A stretch of 31,320 nucleotides of DNA from contig JBDHDE010000045.1 of assembly GCA_039591655.1 (NCBI GenBank), positions 1 through 31,320 of the forward strand, in the 5' to 3' direction. Position numbers and translations under genes: made by a program. The stretch is from Gemmatimonadota bacterium. GTDB taxonomy: Bacteria; Gemmatimonadota; Gemmatimonadetes; Gemmatimonadales; GWC2-71-9. Below the pieces are notes generated by a model that was not told where the DNA came from, ran no database searches, and worked only from the letters and a program-made list of their open reading frames with translations. This document shows positions 20,911 to 30,707 of this stretch, piece by piece. Position 1 is the first letter of the stretch. Every line of letters starts with the position of its first letter.

Positions 20911-23430
20911 GTGACAGACATACTCGAGCGCCTAACTGCTGCGCTAGCAGATAGATACGCTATCGAGAGCGAGCTGGGTGAGGGTGGGATGGCAACCGTC
21001 TACCTTGCCCGCGACCTGAAGCACGACCGGCACGTCGCCGTCAAGGTGCTCAAGCCGGAGCTCGCCGCCTCACTCGGTACCGAGCGGTTCCTGCGCGAGA
21101 TCCGAGTCACTGCCAAGCTGAATCACCCCCACATCCTGGCCCTGTATGACTCCGGCGACGCCGACGGTTTTCTCTACTACGTAATGCCGTTCGTGGAGGG
21201 CGAGACGCTCGGCCAGCTCATCGCTCGGGAGCGCCAGCTCTCGATTCACGATGCGGTGCGGATCTCCCGAGAGGTGGCCGAGGCGCTGGGCCACGCCCAC
21301 AGCTACGGCCTCGTGCACCGGGACATCAAGCCGGGGAACATCCTGCTCTCGGGCGGTCACGCCGTGGTCGCCGACTTCGGCATCGCCCGGGCAATCACCG
21401 AGGCCGGTGGCGACAAGATCACCCAGACCGGGATGGCCGTGGGCACTCCGGCCTACATGGCCCCGGAGCAGGCCGCCGGCGACGAACACATGGATGGCCG
21501 CTGCGACATCTACGCGCTGGGGTGCGTGCTGTACGAGATGCTGGTTGGCCAAATCCCGTTCCCGGCGCCGACGGCGCAGGCCATGATGGCACGGCACTCG
21601 ATGGACCACGTGCCCTCGCCCGTCATCATGCGCCAATCGATCCCCCCCGAGCTGGAAGACGTGATCTACACCGCGATGGAGAAGTCCCCCGCCGACCGGT
21701 ACCGCACCGCGGCCGAGTTCGTCGAGGCCCTCGACATGATGGACAGCGGTACGCTGGCGCAGCGGCGACACACGCGATCGGCTGACCGGCCTGCCAGGGT
21801 GAGGGAGGGTGGGGGGCGAAATACGGGGTTCATCGTTGCCGCCTCCGCCGCGGTGTTGGTGAGTCTGGCCGTGGTCGGCTGGCAGCTCTGGCCGTTGCTG
21901 GCAGCGGAGGGGGACGGCGCCGCGACTGGGCCCGACCCGCGGAACGTCGCGGTGCTGTACTTCGAGGACCGGAGCCCTGACGCATCCCTCGGGTATCTGT
22001 CCGACGCCCTGACCGAGGCTCTGATCCAGCGGCTCGGCGAGGTGCCGGGCCTGCACGTGATCTCGCGCCACGGCGTGCGCCCCTACCAGGGCTCGCGCGT
22101 CCCCCTGGACAGCATCTCCCGCGCCCTCGACGTCGGCACTGTAGTTGACGGGACCGTGGCTCAATCCGGCGACCAGCTGCGGGTGCGGGTCTCCCTGGTC
22201 AACGCCGCGACAGGGGAGGAGATCGACGGCACCAGCATTGACCGCCCCCGGGGGGAGGTCTTTGCCCTCCAGGACGAGCTGGCCCGTGAGGTCTCCATGT
22301 TCCTGCGCACCGAGCTCGGCGAGGAGATAGAGCTGCGTCAGCAACGCGCGGGAACCGACAATTCAGAAGCGTGGGAGTTGGTGCAGCGCGCGCAGAGCAC
22401 GGCCGACGGGACGGAAGCCCTCCTCGCCGAGGGCGACGTCGAAGCCGCGTCGCGGGAGCTGAGCAGGGCCGATTCAATCCTCGCTCGGGCGGAACGCCTC
22501 GACCCTCGTTGGGTGATACCGGCGGCTCAACGCGCTTGGTTGTCGTACCGCCAGGCGAGGTTGGGGGGAGCATTCGACAGGGAGCATAACGACCGCTGGA
22601 CCCGCGACGGCCTGGTGCACGCCGAGCGGGCGGTCGCTCTTGACTCCACCGATGCTGACGCGCTCGAGGCTCGGGCCACACTGAATTACTGGCGTCATCT
22701 GCTGAACCTCCCGCCGGTCGAAGGCGACGAGAGCCTCATCGACGCAGCCGAGCGCGATTTCCGAGCGTCTGTCGCAGCGAACCCCGGTCAGGCCGCAGCC
22801 TGGAGCTCCCTCAGCCACCTGCTGATGAACCGGTCGGAGCACGCCGAGGCGAAGCTGGCCGCCCTGCGCTCCTACGAGGCCGACCCCTACCTGGCGAACG
22901 TGGAGCGGACTTTGTGGCGTCTGTTCCAGGCCTCAATGGATCTGGAAGACGGAGTCGAGGCTGAGCGGTGGTGCGAGGAGGGCTTCGGGAGGTTCCCGGA
23001 AGACTCGCGGTTCACCGAGTGCCGACTCCGGCTCAACGCCCTGCGCGGCCGGACCCCGGATATCGACCAGGCATGGCAATTGCTAGAGCAGTACGTGCAA
23101 TTGTACGAGCCCAGCGCTCAGGAATTCCGCCGCCTGCGGGGTCAGATGTTCGTAGCGTGGGGCCTGGCGCGGGCTGGACTGGGCGACAGCGCCCGAAGAG
23201 TGGCCGAGCGCTCACGGGGGAACGCGGAAGTGGACCCCACTCGGGACTTGGCGCTCTGGGAGGCAGTCCTCTACAACATGTTGGAGGACTACGACGAGGC
23301 GTTGCGGGCCCTCAGCATCCACCTGGCGGCCAATCCGGATCTGCGGACCAGCTTCGCACGGGACCGGACCTGGTGGCTCGAGGGCGTGCGGGGCCACCCA
23401 CGGTATCGACAGCTAGTGGGCGCACAGTAG
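20911..23430 (+). CDS. Hanks-type Ser/Thr kinase with TM, TolB-N/FlgO-like and TPR-like sensor region (module A kinase), 839 aa
   Basis: GTG start with GGAG upstream; LGEGGMATV, VAVK, HRDIKPGN, DFG, GTPAYMAPEQ; TM FIVAASAAVLVSLAVVGWQLW; NVAVLYFED; helical repeats; C-terminal WW...HPRY. Confidence 0.95.
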   Translation: MTDILERLTAALADRYAIESELGEGGMATVYLARDLKHDRHVAVKVLKPELAASLGTERFLREIRVTAKLNHPHILALYDSGDADGFLYYVMPFVEGETLGQLIARERQLSIHDAVRISREVAEALGHAHSYGLVHRDIKPGNILLSGGHAVVADFGIARAITEAGGDKITQTGMAVGTPAYMAPEQAAGDEHMDGRCDIYALGCVLYEMLVGQIPFPAPTAQAMMARHSMDHVPSPVIMRQSIPPELEDVIYTAMEKSPADRYRTAAEFVEALDMMDSGTLAQRRHTRSADRPARVREGGGRNTGFIVAASAAVLVSLAVVGWQLWPLLAAEGDGAATGPDPRNVAVLYFEDRSPDASLGYLSDALTEALIQRLGEVPGLHVISRHGVRPYQGSRVPLDSISRALDVGTVVDGTVAQSGDQLRVRVSLVNAATGEEIDGTSIDRPRGEVFALQDELAREVSMFLRTELGEEIELRQQRAGTDNSEAWELVQRAQSTADGTEALLAEGDVEAASRELSRADSILARAERLDPRWVIPAAQRAWLSYRQARLGGAFDREHNDRWTRDGLVHAERAVALDSTDADALEARATLNYWRHLLNLPPVEGDESLIDAAERDFRASVAANPGQAAAWSSLSHLLMNRSEHAEAKLAALRSYEADPYLANVERTLWRLFQASMDLEDGVEAERWCEEGFGRFPEDSRFTECRLRLNALRGRTPDIDQAWQLLEQYVQLYEPSAQEFRRLRGQMFVAWGLARAGLGDSARRVAERSRGNAEVDPTRDLALWEAVLYNMLEDYDEALRALSIHLAANPDLRTSFARDRTWWLEGVRGHPRYRQLVGAQ

Positions 23431-23561
23431 CGCAGGGGACAACGGACTCTAGAGCGGCAAGGGACGCCGGTTGACGGTAGCCCATTTCCGAGCGATGTTG
23501 TCGGATCTTTCGCCCTAGACTCATCTAGACATCGCTGACCTAACTCATCGAGGAGGCCTTC

Positions 23562-24998
23562 ATGGGTCGCCGTTTGGGTAGTACTCTCGCGGTCGCAGCT
23601 ACAATGGCCTTGGCGGCGTGTAGCGAGAGCAGTCAACCGTTGCCGCAGGAAGTGCAGTTTCAGTTCACCGGCGGCATCCCGGAATGCGACTACCAGTCCA
23701 TTCAGCGGCAGGTGTATTTCGACAGGCCCGAGCGAAACACGGTGAAGGACACCGTCCGCGCCATGAAGGCCGCCGCGAACGACGGCGACGTGGCGACGGC
23801 TACCGAAATCGGATTTGACGTGATCGCGGGCTGGATTGTGCCGGGCGCCCCCATCGAGGACGAGACGCAGCGGGAGCGAATGTCCGACCTGATCAATTCC
23901 CTGCTGGCGTGCATGACACTGGTGGATGCGGGGCCCGACGGCATCATCGGAACCTCAGACGATATAGCCGCGTATCCAGGCCCGGACGGAGAAACCGGCA
24001 CCTCGGACGACATTCCCGTTGCCCCTGCGGCCGCCATCGACTTCACACATTCTCTGAGCGACAGCGGCGCCATCGGCGTGCGTGGCGGGCTTCTTGACCC
24101 TGCGGAGGAGCCTGTGGTCTCCGCTCTCTGCACATTTGTGCTTGGGACGCCGTGCCCCGACGGGACATGGGGGATCGAGCCAGCTAACAGCGCCTCCACA
24201 GGTTTTGTATGGGGCGACGTCACTGGCGATCAGAGCGTGCTGTTTTACGGCGCGAAGACTGACGACGTTCCCGGGGGAGGTGAAGCTCAGGTCACCGAAG
24301 CATTCGATTGGGAGAAGGTGCCGGATATCGCCTTCGTGGACGCCGATGTACGGGTGGCCAGGTGCAAGCCGGAAGTGTTTGCGGAGCGCGTGCAGGAGAT
24401 CGAGCCCGCGGTTGTGAGGGTGCTCCCAGTCTCGGAACCGACCTTCTGCGCCTTCACCGCTCCCACCGAATCCGGATTGTTCGGCATGCTGAAGAGCTGG
24501 ACCCGGACCGCCAGCGGCGGCCTGCTCTTCCCGCAGCGGCTCCACGCGTCGGCGTCCCCCGGTAGATGCTGCGGTGGGTCGTGTCCCGACTTCACGCCGT
24601 TCGTCGTCGTGAACGCTGGCAATGTGAACCTGACGTTCGAGAGTCAGCCGGCGGATGCAGTGATCGATGAATCGGGACTCGCCCAGATCTTTGACGCGAA
24701 CGGCGAACCGGTCACAGTTTCGGCCAAGGGCAACAACGGCACGCCGCTACCGGAGGTCGTGATCACTTTGAGCATCGAGGTGAACCAGAGCTCGTGGGCG
24801 GAGCTGAGCGGCAACACCGCGGATACCACGGACGTGGACTGCACCGCCGCCAGTGGCTGCACCCCGAACGGGTTGGCCGAGTTCACGGACCTGTACATCA
24901 ACAAACCAGGCGGATACACGCTGATCGCGAGCGCCGTGCTGCTCGGATACGACAACATCACACCGATCCGATCGGACGCGTTCCACGTCAAACAGTAA
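23562..24998 (+). CDS. Uncharacterised Cys-rich lipoprotein with divergent ZU5-like region and C-terminal Ig-like domain (module A lipoprotein), 478 aa
   Basis: AGGAGG RBS; lipobox LAA-C; helical N-terminus; GPDGxxGTxDD twice; PQRLHA...GG...DFTPF; Ig-like tail (LTFESQP...GLAEFTDLYINKPGGYTLIAS...SDAFHV). Domain names are inferred by eye. Confidence 0.85.
   Translation: MGRRLGSTLAVAATMALAACSESSQPLPQEVQFQFTGGIPECDYQSIQRQVYFDRPERNTVKDTVRAMKAAANDGDVATATEIGFDVIAGWIVPGAPIEDETQRERMSDLINSLLACMTLVDAGPDGIIGTSDDIAAYPGPDGETGTSDDIPVAPAAAIDFTHSLSDSGAIGVRGGLLDPAEEPVVSALCTFVLGTPCPDGTWGIEPANSASTGFVWGDVTGDQSVLFYGAKTDDVPGGGEAQVTEAFDWEKVPDIAFVDADVRVARCKPEVFAERVQEIEPAVVRVLPVSEPTFCAFTAPTESGLFGMLKSWTRTASGGLLFPQRLHASASPGRCCGGSCPDFTPFVVVNAGNVNLTFESQPADAVIDESGLAQIFDANGEPVTVSAKGNNGTPLPEVVITLSIEVNQSSWAELSGNTADTTDVDCTAASGCTPNGLAEFTDLYINKPGGYTLIASAVLLGYDNITPIRSDAFHVKQ
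23931..24014 (+). repeat. Two copies of GPDGxxGTSDDI at 16-aa (48-nt) spacing
   Basis: GPDGIIGTSDDI (23931-23966) and GPDGETGTSDDI (23979-24014). Confidence 0.85.
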
Positions 24999-25033
24999 CG
25001 CCCCAGCCCCACGCCAAGGGCAGGCATGAATGA

Positions 25034-25070
25034 GAAGAGGGCGGCTCCTTCGGGGTCGCCCTTCTTCTTG
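25034..25070 (+). terminator. Intrinsic terminator after the module A lipoprotein
   Basis: agggcggctcc-TTCG-gggtcgccct stem with a C(UUCG)G tetraloop, followed by tcttcttg. Confidence 0.75.
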
Positions 25071-25317
25071 TGTCTGAGACCCGGCAAACTCTGGCATAGC
25101 CCGGCACCATCTCCTAGGTTGACCAGGTCTCACCAGCCGGATTCCGCAAGTCGCCACAGGGAGGTTCGAGCATCCAAGAGCCTCCCTCGTGAATGCCTAC
25201 ACCATCCAAGAGCGCTCCCGGTTCCGCCAGGTTGGTGGTTGTTCCAGCCGTCTTCCCTGGCGGCTCTCAACGCCCATTCGTATCATTGAACTGGTCAAAC
25301 ATGATGGGCGGTGCGGC

Positions 25318-27831
25318 GTGGCCGATCAGTTGGACACCCTCAAGTCCGCGTTAGCCGAACGCTACGCAGTTGAGCGCGAGCTGGGTGCCGGGGGAATGGC
25401 GACGGTGTATCTCGCCCGGGACCTCAAGCACGACCGACTCGTTGCGATAAAGGTCGTCCGTCCCGAGATAGCCGCCGCCCTGGGAACCGAGCGTTTCCTC
25501 CGCGAGATCCAAGTAACCGCTAGGCTGCAGCACCCGCACGTTCTCCCTCTTTACGATTCCGGCGAAGCCGACGGCGTGCTGTACTACGTGATGCCGTACA
25601 TAGAGGGAGAATCACTGCGCGACCTATTGGAACGGGAGCAGCAGCTTGGCCTCGGAGAGGCGATCAAGATCACCGCGGAAGTGGCGGAAGCACTCGCGCA
25701 TGCGCACAGCTACGGGATAGTCCACCGCGACATCAAACCGGAGAACATCCTGCTGTCGGGTGGGCATCCGATCGTGGCCGACTTCGGGATCGCTCGCGCG
25801 GTGAGTGAGGCCGGCGGAGAGAAGCTCACGCAGACCGGCATGGCCGTCGGCACTCCAGCGTACATGAGCCCCGAGCAGGCTTCGGGCGATCCTCACACAG
25901 ACGCACGGACCGACATCTACAGCCTCGGCTGCGTGCTGTACGAGACTCTCGTGGGTCAGCCGCCATTCACCGGACCGACCCCCCAAGCCGTGATGGCGCG
26001 CCATTCCATGGACCACGTCCCTCTGCCCCACGTCGTGCGACAGAGCATCCCGGAAGCGCTCGAAGCCGTCGTGCTGTGCATGCTTGAGAAGGCGCCCGCC
26101 GACCGTTTTCACACCGCGCGCGAGGTAGCCGAGGCATTGAATGCCGTGACCAGCGGCGAGGTGCCGCACCTCACCAACTCGGCCCTCGCGCGGGCTCGGA
26201 GGCGTGACGAGAAGCAGCGCCGCACACTACCGCTGGCTGCTGTGGTCGGCGTCGTTGTTGTAGTCGCGGTCGCGATCATCGGGTGGCAACTGTGGCCGCG
26301 GGGCCCTGTTGCATTCTCTGATGGCGATCTCGACCCAACTAACATTGCCGTGCTCTACTTCGAGGACCGCAGCCCCGGAGGTGAGCTCGCTCACGTCGCG
26401 GACGGTCTCACCGAGGGCTTGATCCGCGAGCTATCACGCGTGGGTGAGCTCGAAGTCACCTCGCGCAACGGCTCCGCCCAGTTCCGAGGGAGCACCGCAC
26501 CGCCCGACTCCATAGCACGTGCCCTCAACACCGGCACCTTGGTTGACGGAAGTGTCGAGCCCGCGGGCGAGAGCATACGGATCATGCTGAGACTCATAGA
26601 GGGCTCCAGCGGTGCGGACTTCGAGCGGAGCGCTCTGGACGTGCCTCGTAGTCAGCTGTTTGCGGCGCAGGACTCCGTCGCATACGAAGTATCGATCATG
26701 CTGCGGGAGCGAGTGGGTGACGAGATCCGGCTGCGCGAGAGCCGCGAGGCAACAGAGAGCGCCGATGCATGGGTGTTACTGCAACGCGGGGAGCGGGCTC
26801 GGAAGGACGCTGAGGGATGCCTCGAGAGCGGTGATGCAGCAGCATGCGACGAATCCTTCCAGCGGGCCGACTCGATGCTTGGCGTTGCCGAATCGGCCGA
26901 CCCGGACTGGGTAGAGCCAATCGCGCTGCGGGCCGAGATCGCTCTGAGACGCTCGCGTTTGGCCTCAGATCTGGAGGTGATGCTCGCAGCGATCGACGAT
27001 GGTATGGGCCACGCCGAACGCGTATTGCAGGTGGACGCCCGCCATGCGAGGGCGCTCGAACTGCGCGGCACTCTTCAGTACTGGCACTGGCTGCTGGATG
27101 TCACGCCGGACCCGGCAGAGGCGGATAGGCTATTCGACGGCGCTCGGCGTGACCTGGAGGCAGCAGTGGACGCCGATCCTTCCCTGGCGAGTGCCTACAG
27201 CACGCTGAGTCACCTGTACTACAACACCGACATCCTTTCGGCTCTCCTCGCGGCGCAGCGTGCCTATGAGACCGACGCCTACCTCGCCGCCGCCCCGGAT
27301 GTTCTGTGGCGACTCTTCTGGGGCTCGTACGATCTGGAACGGCTCACCCAGGCTCGCTCCTGGTGCGACGAAGGACGACGCCGCTTCCCCGACAACTTCC
27401 GGTTCGCAGAGTGCAAGTTGCGCGAGCTGGAGATCCCGGGAGTTACGCCCGACGTGGCCGAGGCGTGGCGCCTGCTCGACGAGCTCACTACGCTCGCCCC
27501 CGGGTCATTGAGCGAGTACTACCACTCCCGAGGGTCGATTATCGTTGCCGCAGTACTGTCGCGCGCCGGCCACACCGACAGCGCCCGCACGGTTCTTGCT
27601 GAAGCCAGAGCCGGGCCCGAGGTCGACATCTACGGCGATCTGCCGTTCTTCGAGGCACACGTCCGCACAATGCTCGGTGACTACGATGAGGCCGTGAGTC
27701 TCCTGGGTAGGTACGTGGTGGGTGCGGCCGGAGAAGACGAAGAAGGCGACGCCGAGTGGGCGACCTATTGGTGGTGGAGAGATCTCCAAGGCCACCCCGG
27801 CTTCCAGCGTCTAGTAGAGGCAACGCAATAG
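25318..27831 (+). CDS. Hanks-type Ser/Thr kinase with TM, TolB-N/FlgO-like and TPR-like sensor region (module B kinase), about 837 aa
   Basis: Start placed at GTG 25318 (MADQLDTLKSALAERY) by alignment with the paralog at 20911; HRDIKPEN, DFG, GTPAYMSPEQ; TM ending IIGWQLWP; NIAVLYFEDRSP; C-terminal WWW...HPGF. Confidence 0.94.
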   Translation: MADQLDTLKSALAERYAVERELGAGGMATVYLARDLKHDRLVAIKVVRPEIAAALGTERFLREIQVTARLQHPHVLPLYDSGEADGVLYYVMPYIEGESLRDLLEREQQLGLGEAIKITAEVAEALAHAHSYGIVHRDIKPENILLSGGHPIVADFGIARAVSEAGGEKLTQTGMAVGTPAYMSPEQASGDPHTDARTDIYSLGCVLYETLVGQPPFTGPTPQAVMARHSMDHVPLPHVVRQSIPEALEAVVLCMLEKAPADRFHTAREVAEALNAVTSGEVPHLTNSALARARRRDEKQRRTLPLAAVVGVVVVVAVAIIGWQLWPRGPVAFSDGDLDPTNIAVLYFEDRSPGGELAHVADGLTEGLIRELSRVGELEVTSRNGSAQFRGSTAPPDSIARALNTGTLVDGSVEPAGESIRIMLRLIEGSSGADFERSALDVPRSQLFAAQDSVAYEVSIMLRERVGDEIRLRESREATESADAWVLLQRGERARKDAEGCLESGDAAACDESFQRADSMLGVAESADPDWVEPIALRAEIALRRSRLASDLEVMLAAIDDGMGHAERVLQVDARHARALELRGTLQYWHWLLDVTPDPAEADRLFDGARRDLEAAVDADPSLASAYSTLSHLYYNTDILSALLAAQRAYETDAYLAAAPDVLWRLFWGSYDLERLTQARSWCDEGRRRFPDNFRFAECKLRELEIPGVTPDVAEAWRLLDELTTLAPGSLSEYYHSRGSIIVAAVLSRAGHTDSARTVLAEARAGPEVDIYGDLPFFEAHVRTMLGDYDEAVSLLGRYVVGAAGEDEEGDAEWATYWWWRDLQGHPGFQRLVEATQ

Positions 27832-27962
27832 CTCCCGCGGCGGCGGCTGCCGTCGGCGGTCATCATAGAGCCAGACGAAGTCATCGTCCCTATAGTACTG
27901 ATTCGGCCGCCCTACTTGGACACTCCTGAGGACGGGCCGGCAGTCTCCATTGGGAGGGGTCC

Positions 27963-30707
27963 ATGAAGCGCCTCGCGTTGCTCTGCCTTGTTAGCCTCCT
28001 GATCACCGCCTGCCAGGACGAGCCGATTCCCTCGGAACCGGCTGTCACCTTCCAGGAAGGCGGCGTCGACCCGCAGACGATCACCGACCTTATCAGGGAC
28101 CTCTACCCAAGTGACGGACACAAGAGGAACAAGAGCCTGGAGGCCGCTGCCCTCAGGAAGTGGACGTCGATTCAGAACAAGATGGCAAGAGGTAAGATCG
28201 ACGATGCACGCGGAAAGATGTTCGAGCTGGTCGACAAGACGTTACAGTATCTCGACGAGAGTAAGCTCGAACCTGTCGATGGATACGCCAGCGTTGAGGA
28301 AGCTGTCAACGAGCTCGTAGGACTGCTGCACGCCTATGTCGGGTTGATGCCTGAGCTCCCGCCCGAGTTCTTCAGGGAGCTTCCGCCAGACTTCTTCGAG
28401 GCCGACGACTACGGGATCGGCATTCTCCCGCCCGAGGGAGCCGTAATTCAGACCATTAACAACTACGCCGCCGTCGCCGGTCCTGCCGGTGCAACGGATG
28501 AGGATGTTGTCATTACAATCCGCCAACTCGACGATGCCGTGTGCGATGCTGCGACAGACCTCAAGACAGCACTGGGGTGTTGGGAGTTCAAGCGGTATCC
28601 GGAAGGCGACTTTCTCGAAGATGTCGTGGTCGAGGCCTGTATGGCGGACCCCGAGAACCTGACGGACGCCGAATGGGAGGCGCTCCTGCTCCACAAGTAC
28701 GATGGCGAGGAGGTGACTCCCCTCCCCTGGGCCGATCCACAGTACATCGACTGCACCGACTTCACGGTTGGCGCGCCGATACCCGGACCGGAAGGGGGAT
28801 TCGCCAATGCCGCCTGGGAGCTGGTACGCAGCCAGTTCCTTATCCTCCTCAGTCCCGAACCGTTGCAGGCCAGCGTTCTCGGGCCGCGACCCCCGAGGGG
28901 CGGCGGCGGAACCGGCGGCAGCTTCAGCGACATCTTCCCGGCCGTACCGGAGAGCGCCCGCGAGGGCATCGTGAGCTGGTGGCCGGGTGACGGGCACTAC
29001 AACGACATGTACGGTGGGAACGTGGCGTTTCCGGCATACGGCGTGACATTCGCCGAGGGCATCTTCGACTCCGCCTTCGCGTTCCCGGGGCCGTTTGGGC
29101 CACCCCCTGCGAATCCGTACACGATGGCGGGTGGCGTTGGGATCAACGATCTCGAGCAACTCAGCATCTCGACGTGGTTGAAGCTCAACTCGATCCCCAC
29201 GGACATCCAGCGCTTTGTAACCATCGCACCGCCTACGATCGAGAGTGCAGTCCTGCGACACGACGGGACCAACAATCCCCACACCTCGAACCAACTACAC
29301 TTCTACATGCGGATCGATGGGTCGTTCCAGGATATCCGCGTTAACGACGTGCTGCAGACGGGGTGCTTCCATCACATCGCGGGTACCTATGACGGCTCGC
29401 ACCTGCGTCTGTACCTGGACGGTGCTGAGGTCGGATACCTCAACTATACAGGAACCGTGGACGATGGCGACAGCGTAAGGTTCAGCTCGCCCGACGAGCC
29501 GCTGGACGGCCTGCTGGACGAAGTCATGATTTTCGACAAGGCACTCGACCCAGCGGAAGTCGAAGCGATCTACGACGCCGGCGACGAAGGACTGAAGTGC
29601 GGGCCCCTCTTCGAGTTCACCTCCGTCAGCGTCGGCGGGCTCCACCAGTGCGCTCTCGGTCAGGCAGACGACGCGTACTGTTGGGGGTACAATGCGTGGT
29701 GGGGGGCAATCGGCGACGGCACAACCACCAACCGGCTGCGGCCAGTAGCGGTGTCCGGCGGGCATAACTTCGTCCAGATCAGTGCCCGCAGGTCACACAC
29801 CTGCGCTCTCACCGATCTGGGCGCTGCCTATTGCTGGGGCTTCAACTTGTCCGGCAAGCTCGGTGACGGCTCGACCACTAATCGCGATATACCAACGGCG
29901 GTCTCCACCAGCGAGACGTTCGCCCGGGTCATTTCCGGCCGCTCCCATACCTGCGCGCTCACGAGTGCGGGGGTTGCCTACTGTTGGGGTGACAACTATT
30001 ACGGCCAACTGGGCGATGGCACGACCACCAGCCGCCACACTCCCGTCGCAGTCCAAACTGACTCTACATTCACCCACTTGGCCCTTGGCGACGGCCATAC
30101 CTGTGGCGTGACCCCATCAGGTAGAGCGTTCTGTTGGGGATCCAACCTCGGCGGCGAGCTCGGGACGGCTACTGGGGAGACTTGTGGGCCTTACGACGAC
30201 CCGTGCAGCACGACTCTGCTGTACGTCGCTATGCCGGGAGAGCCACATGCCGCGTGGGATTCGCTGGCGGCAGGATTCGCCGTTACCTGCGGCACCGCAA
30301 CGGACGACACGGCGTACTGTTGGGGTAACAACGCCAATGGTCAACTGGGCGACGGCACCACCACCGACCGTCACACCCCGGTGGCCATATCCGGTACCGC
30401 TACATTCTCATCGATCTCAGTGGGCACGAGCCAAACGTGCGGCCTGACGGACAGCGGGATCGCATACTGCTGGGGTTACAACGGTAGTGGTCAACTGGGC
30501 GACGGCACCACAACAGACCGCCACACTCCAACACCTGTGGTTGGTGGGCTCGTCTTCCAGAGCATCGGGGCTGGGGTTACAGCCACCTGTGGTCTCAGTA
30601 CGGGGAACGCGGTGTATTGCTGGGGAGATAACGCGGTGGGCCAGTTGGGCAACGGAACAGCGAGTGGCAGCTCGATCCCCGTGAGGGTCTCCAGCCCGCA
30701 GCCGTAG
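27963..30707 (+). CDS. Large lipoprotein: helical N-terminus, ZU5-like domain, LamG/ConA-like domain, 7-blade RCC1/BLIP-II-like propeller (module B lipoprotein), 914 aa
   Basis: GGGAGG RBS; lipobox ITA-C; GPAGA...VVITI...P-x-G-x-F (about 28413-28946); LamG-like SWWPGDG, HHIAGTYDG, LYLDG, GLLDEVMIFDKAL (about 28965-29580); seven YCWG-x-N-xx-G-x-LG repeats. Confidence 0.92.
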   Translation: MKRLALLCLVSLLITACQDEPIPSEPAVTFQEGGVDPQTITDLIRDLYPSDGHKRNKSLEAAALRKWTSIQNKMARGKIDDARGKMFELVDKTLQYLDESKLEPVDGYASVEEAVNELVGLLHAYVGLMPELPPEFFRELPPDFFEADDYGIGILPPEGAVIQTINNYAAVAGPAGATDEDVVITIRQLDDAVCDAATDLKTALGCWEFKRYPEGDFLEDVVVEACMADPENLTDAEWEALLLHKYDGEEVTPLPWADPQYIDCTDFTVGAPIPGPEGGFANAAWELVRSQFLILLSPEPLQASVLGPRPPRGGGGTGGSFSDIFPAVPESAREGIVSWWPGDGHYNDMYGGNVAFPAYGVTFAEGIFDSAFAFPGPFGPPPANPYTMAGGVGINDLEQLSISTWLKLNSIPTDIQRFVTIAPPTIESAVLRHDGTNNPHTSNQLHFYMRIDGSFQDIRVNDVLQTGCFHHIAGTYDGSHLRLYLDGAEVGYLNYTGTVDDGDSVRFSSPDEPLDGLLDEVMIFDKALDPAEVEAIYDAGDEGLKCGPLFEFTSVSVGGLHQCALGQADDAYCWGYNAWWGAIGDGTTTNRLRPVAVSGGHNFVQISARRSHTCALTDLGAAYCWGFNLSGKLGDGSTTNRDIPTAVSTSETFARVISGRSHTCALTSAGVAYCWGDNYYGQLGDGTTTSRHTPVAVQTDSTFTHLALGDGHTCGVTPSGRAFCWGSNLGGELGTATGETCGPYDDPCSTTLLYVAMPGEPHAAWDSLAAGFAVTCGTATDDTAYCWGNNANGQLGDGTTTDRHTPVAISGTATFSSISVGTSQTCGLTDSGIAYCWGYNGSGQLGDGTTTDRHTPTPVVGGLVFQSIGAGVTATCGLSTGNAVYCWGDNAVGQLGNGTASGSSIPVRVSSPQP
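29610..30690 (+). repeat. Seven RCC1-type repeats of about 50 aa
   Basis: Recurrent AYCWGxNxxGQLGDGTTTxRxTP; ggtcaactgggcgacggcaccac recurs at 30339 and 30489, 150 nt apart. Confidence 0.92.

Noticed and set aside
25075..25277. Possible small RNA or mobile-element scar between modules A and B
   Set aside because: No terminal inverted repeats, target duplication, convincing ORF or stable fold could be identified by eye.
29610..30690. Regularly spaced DNA repeats considered as a CRISPR array or a diversity-generating retroelement target
   Set aside because: They are in-frame 150-nt protein repeats with synonymous variation; no cas genes, reverse transcriptase or adenine-specific template/variable pair was seen.
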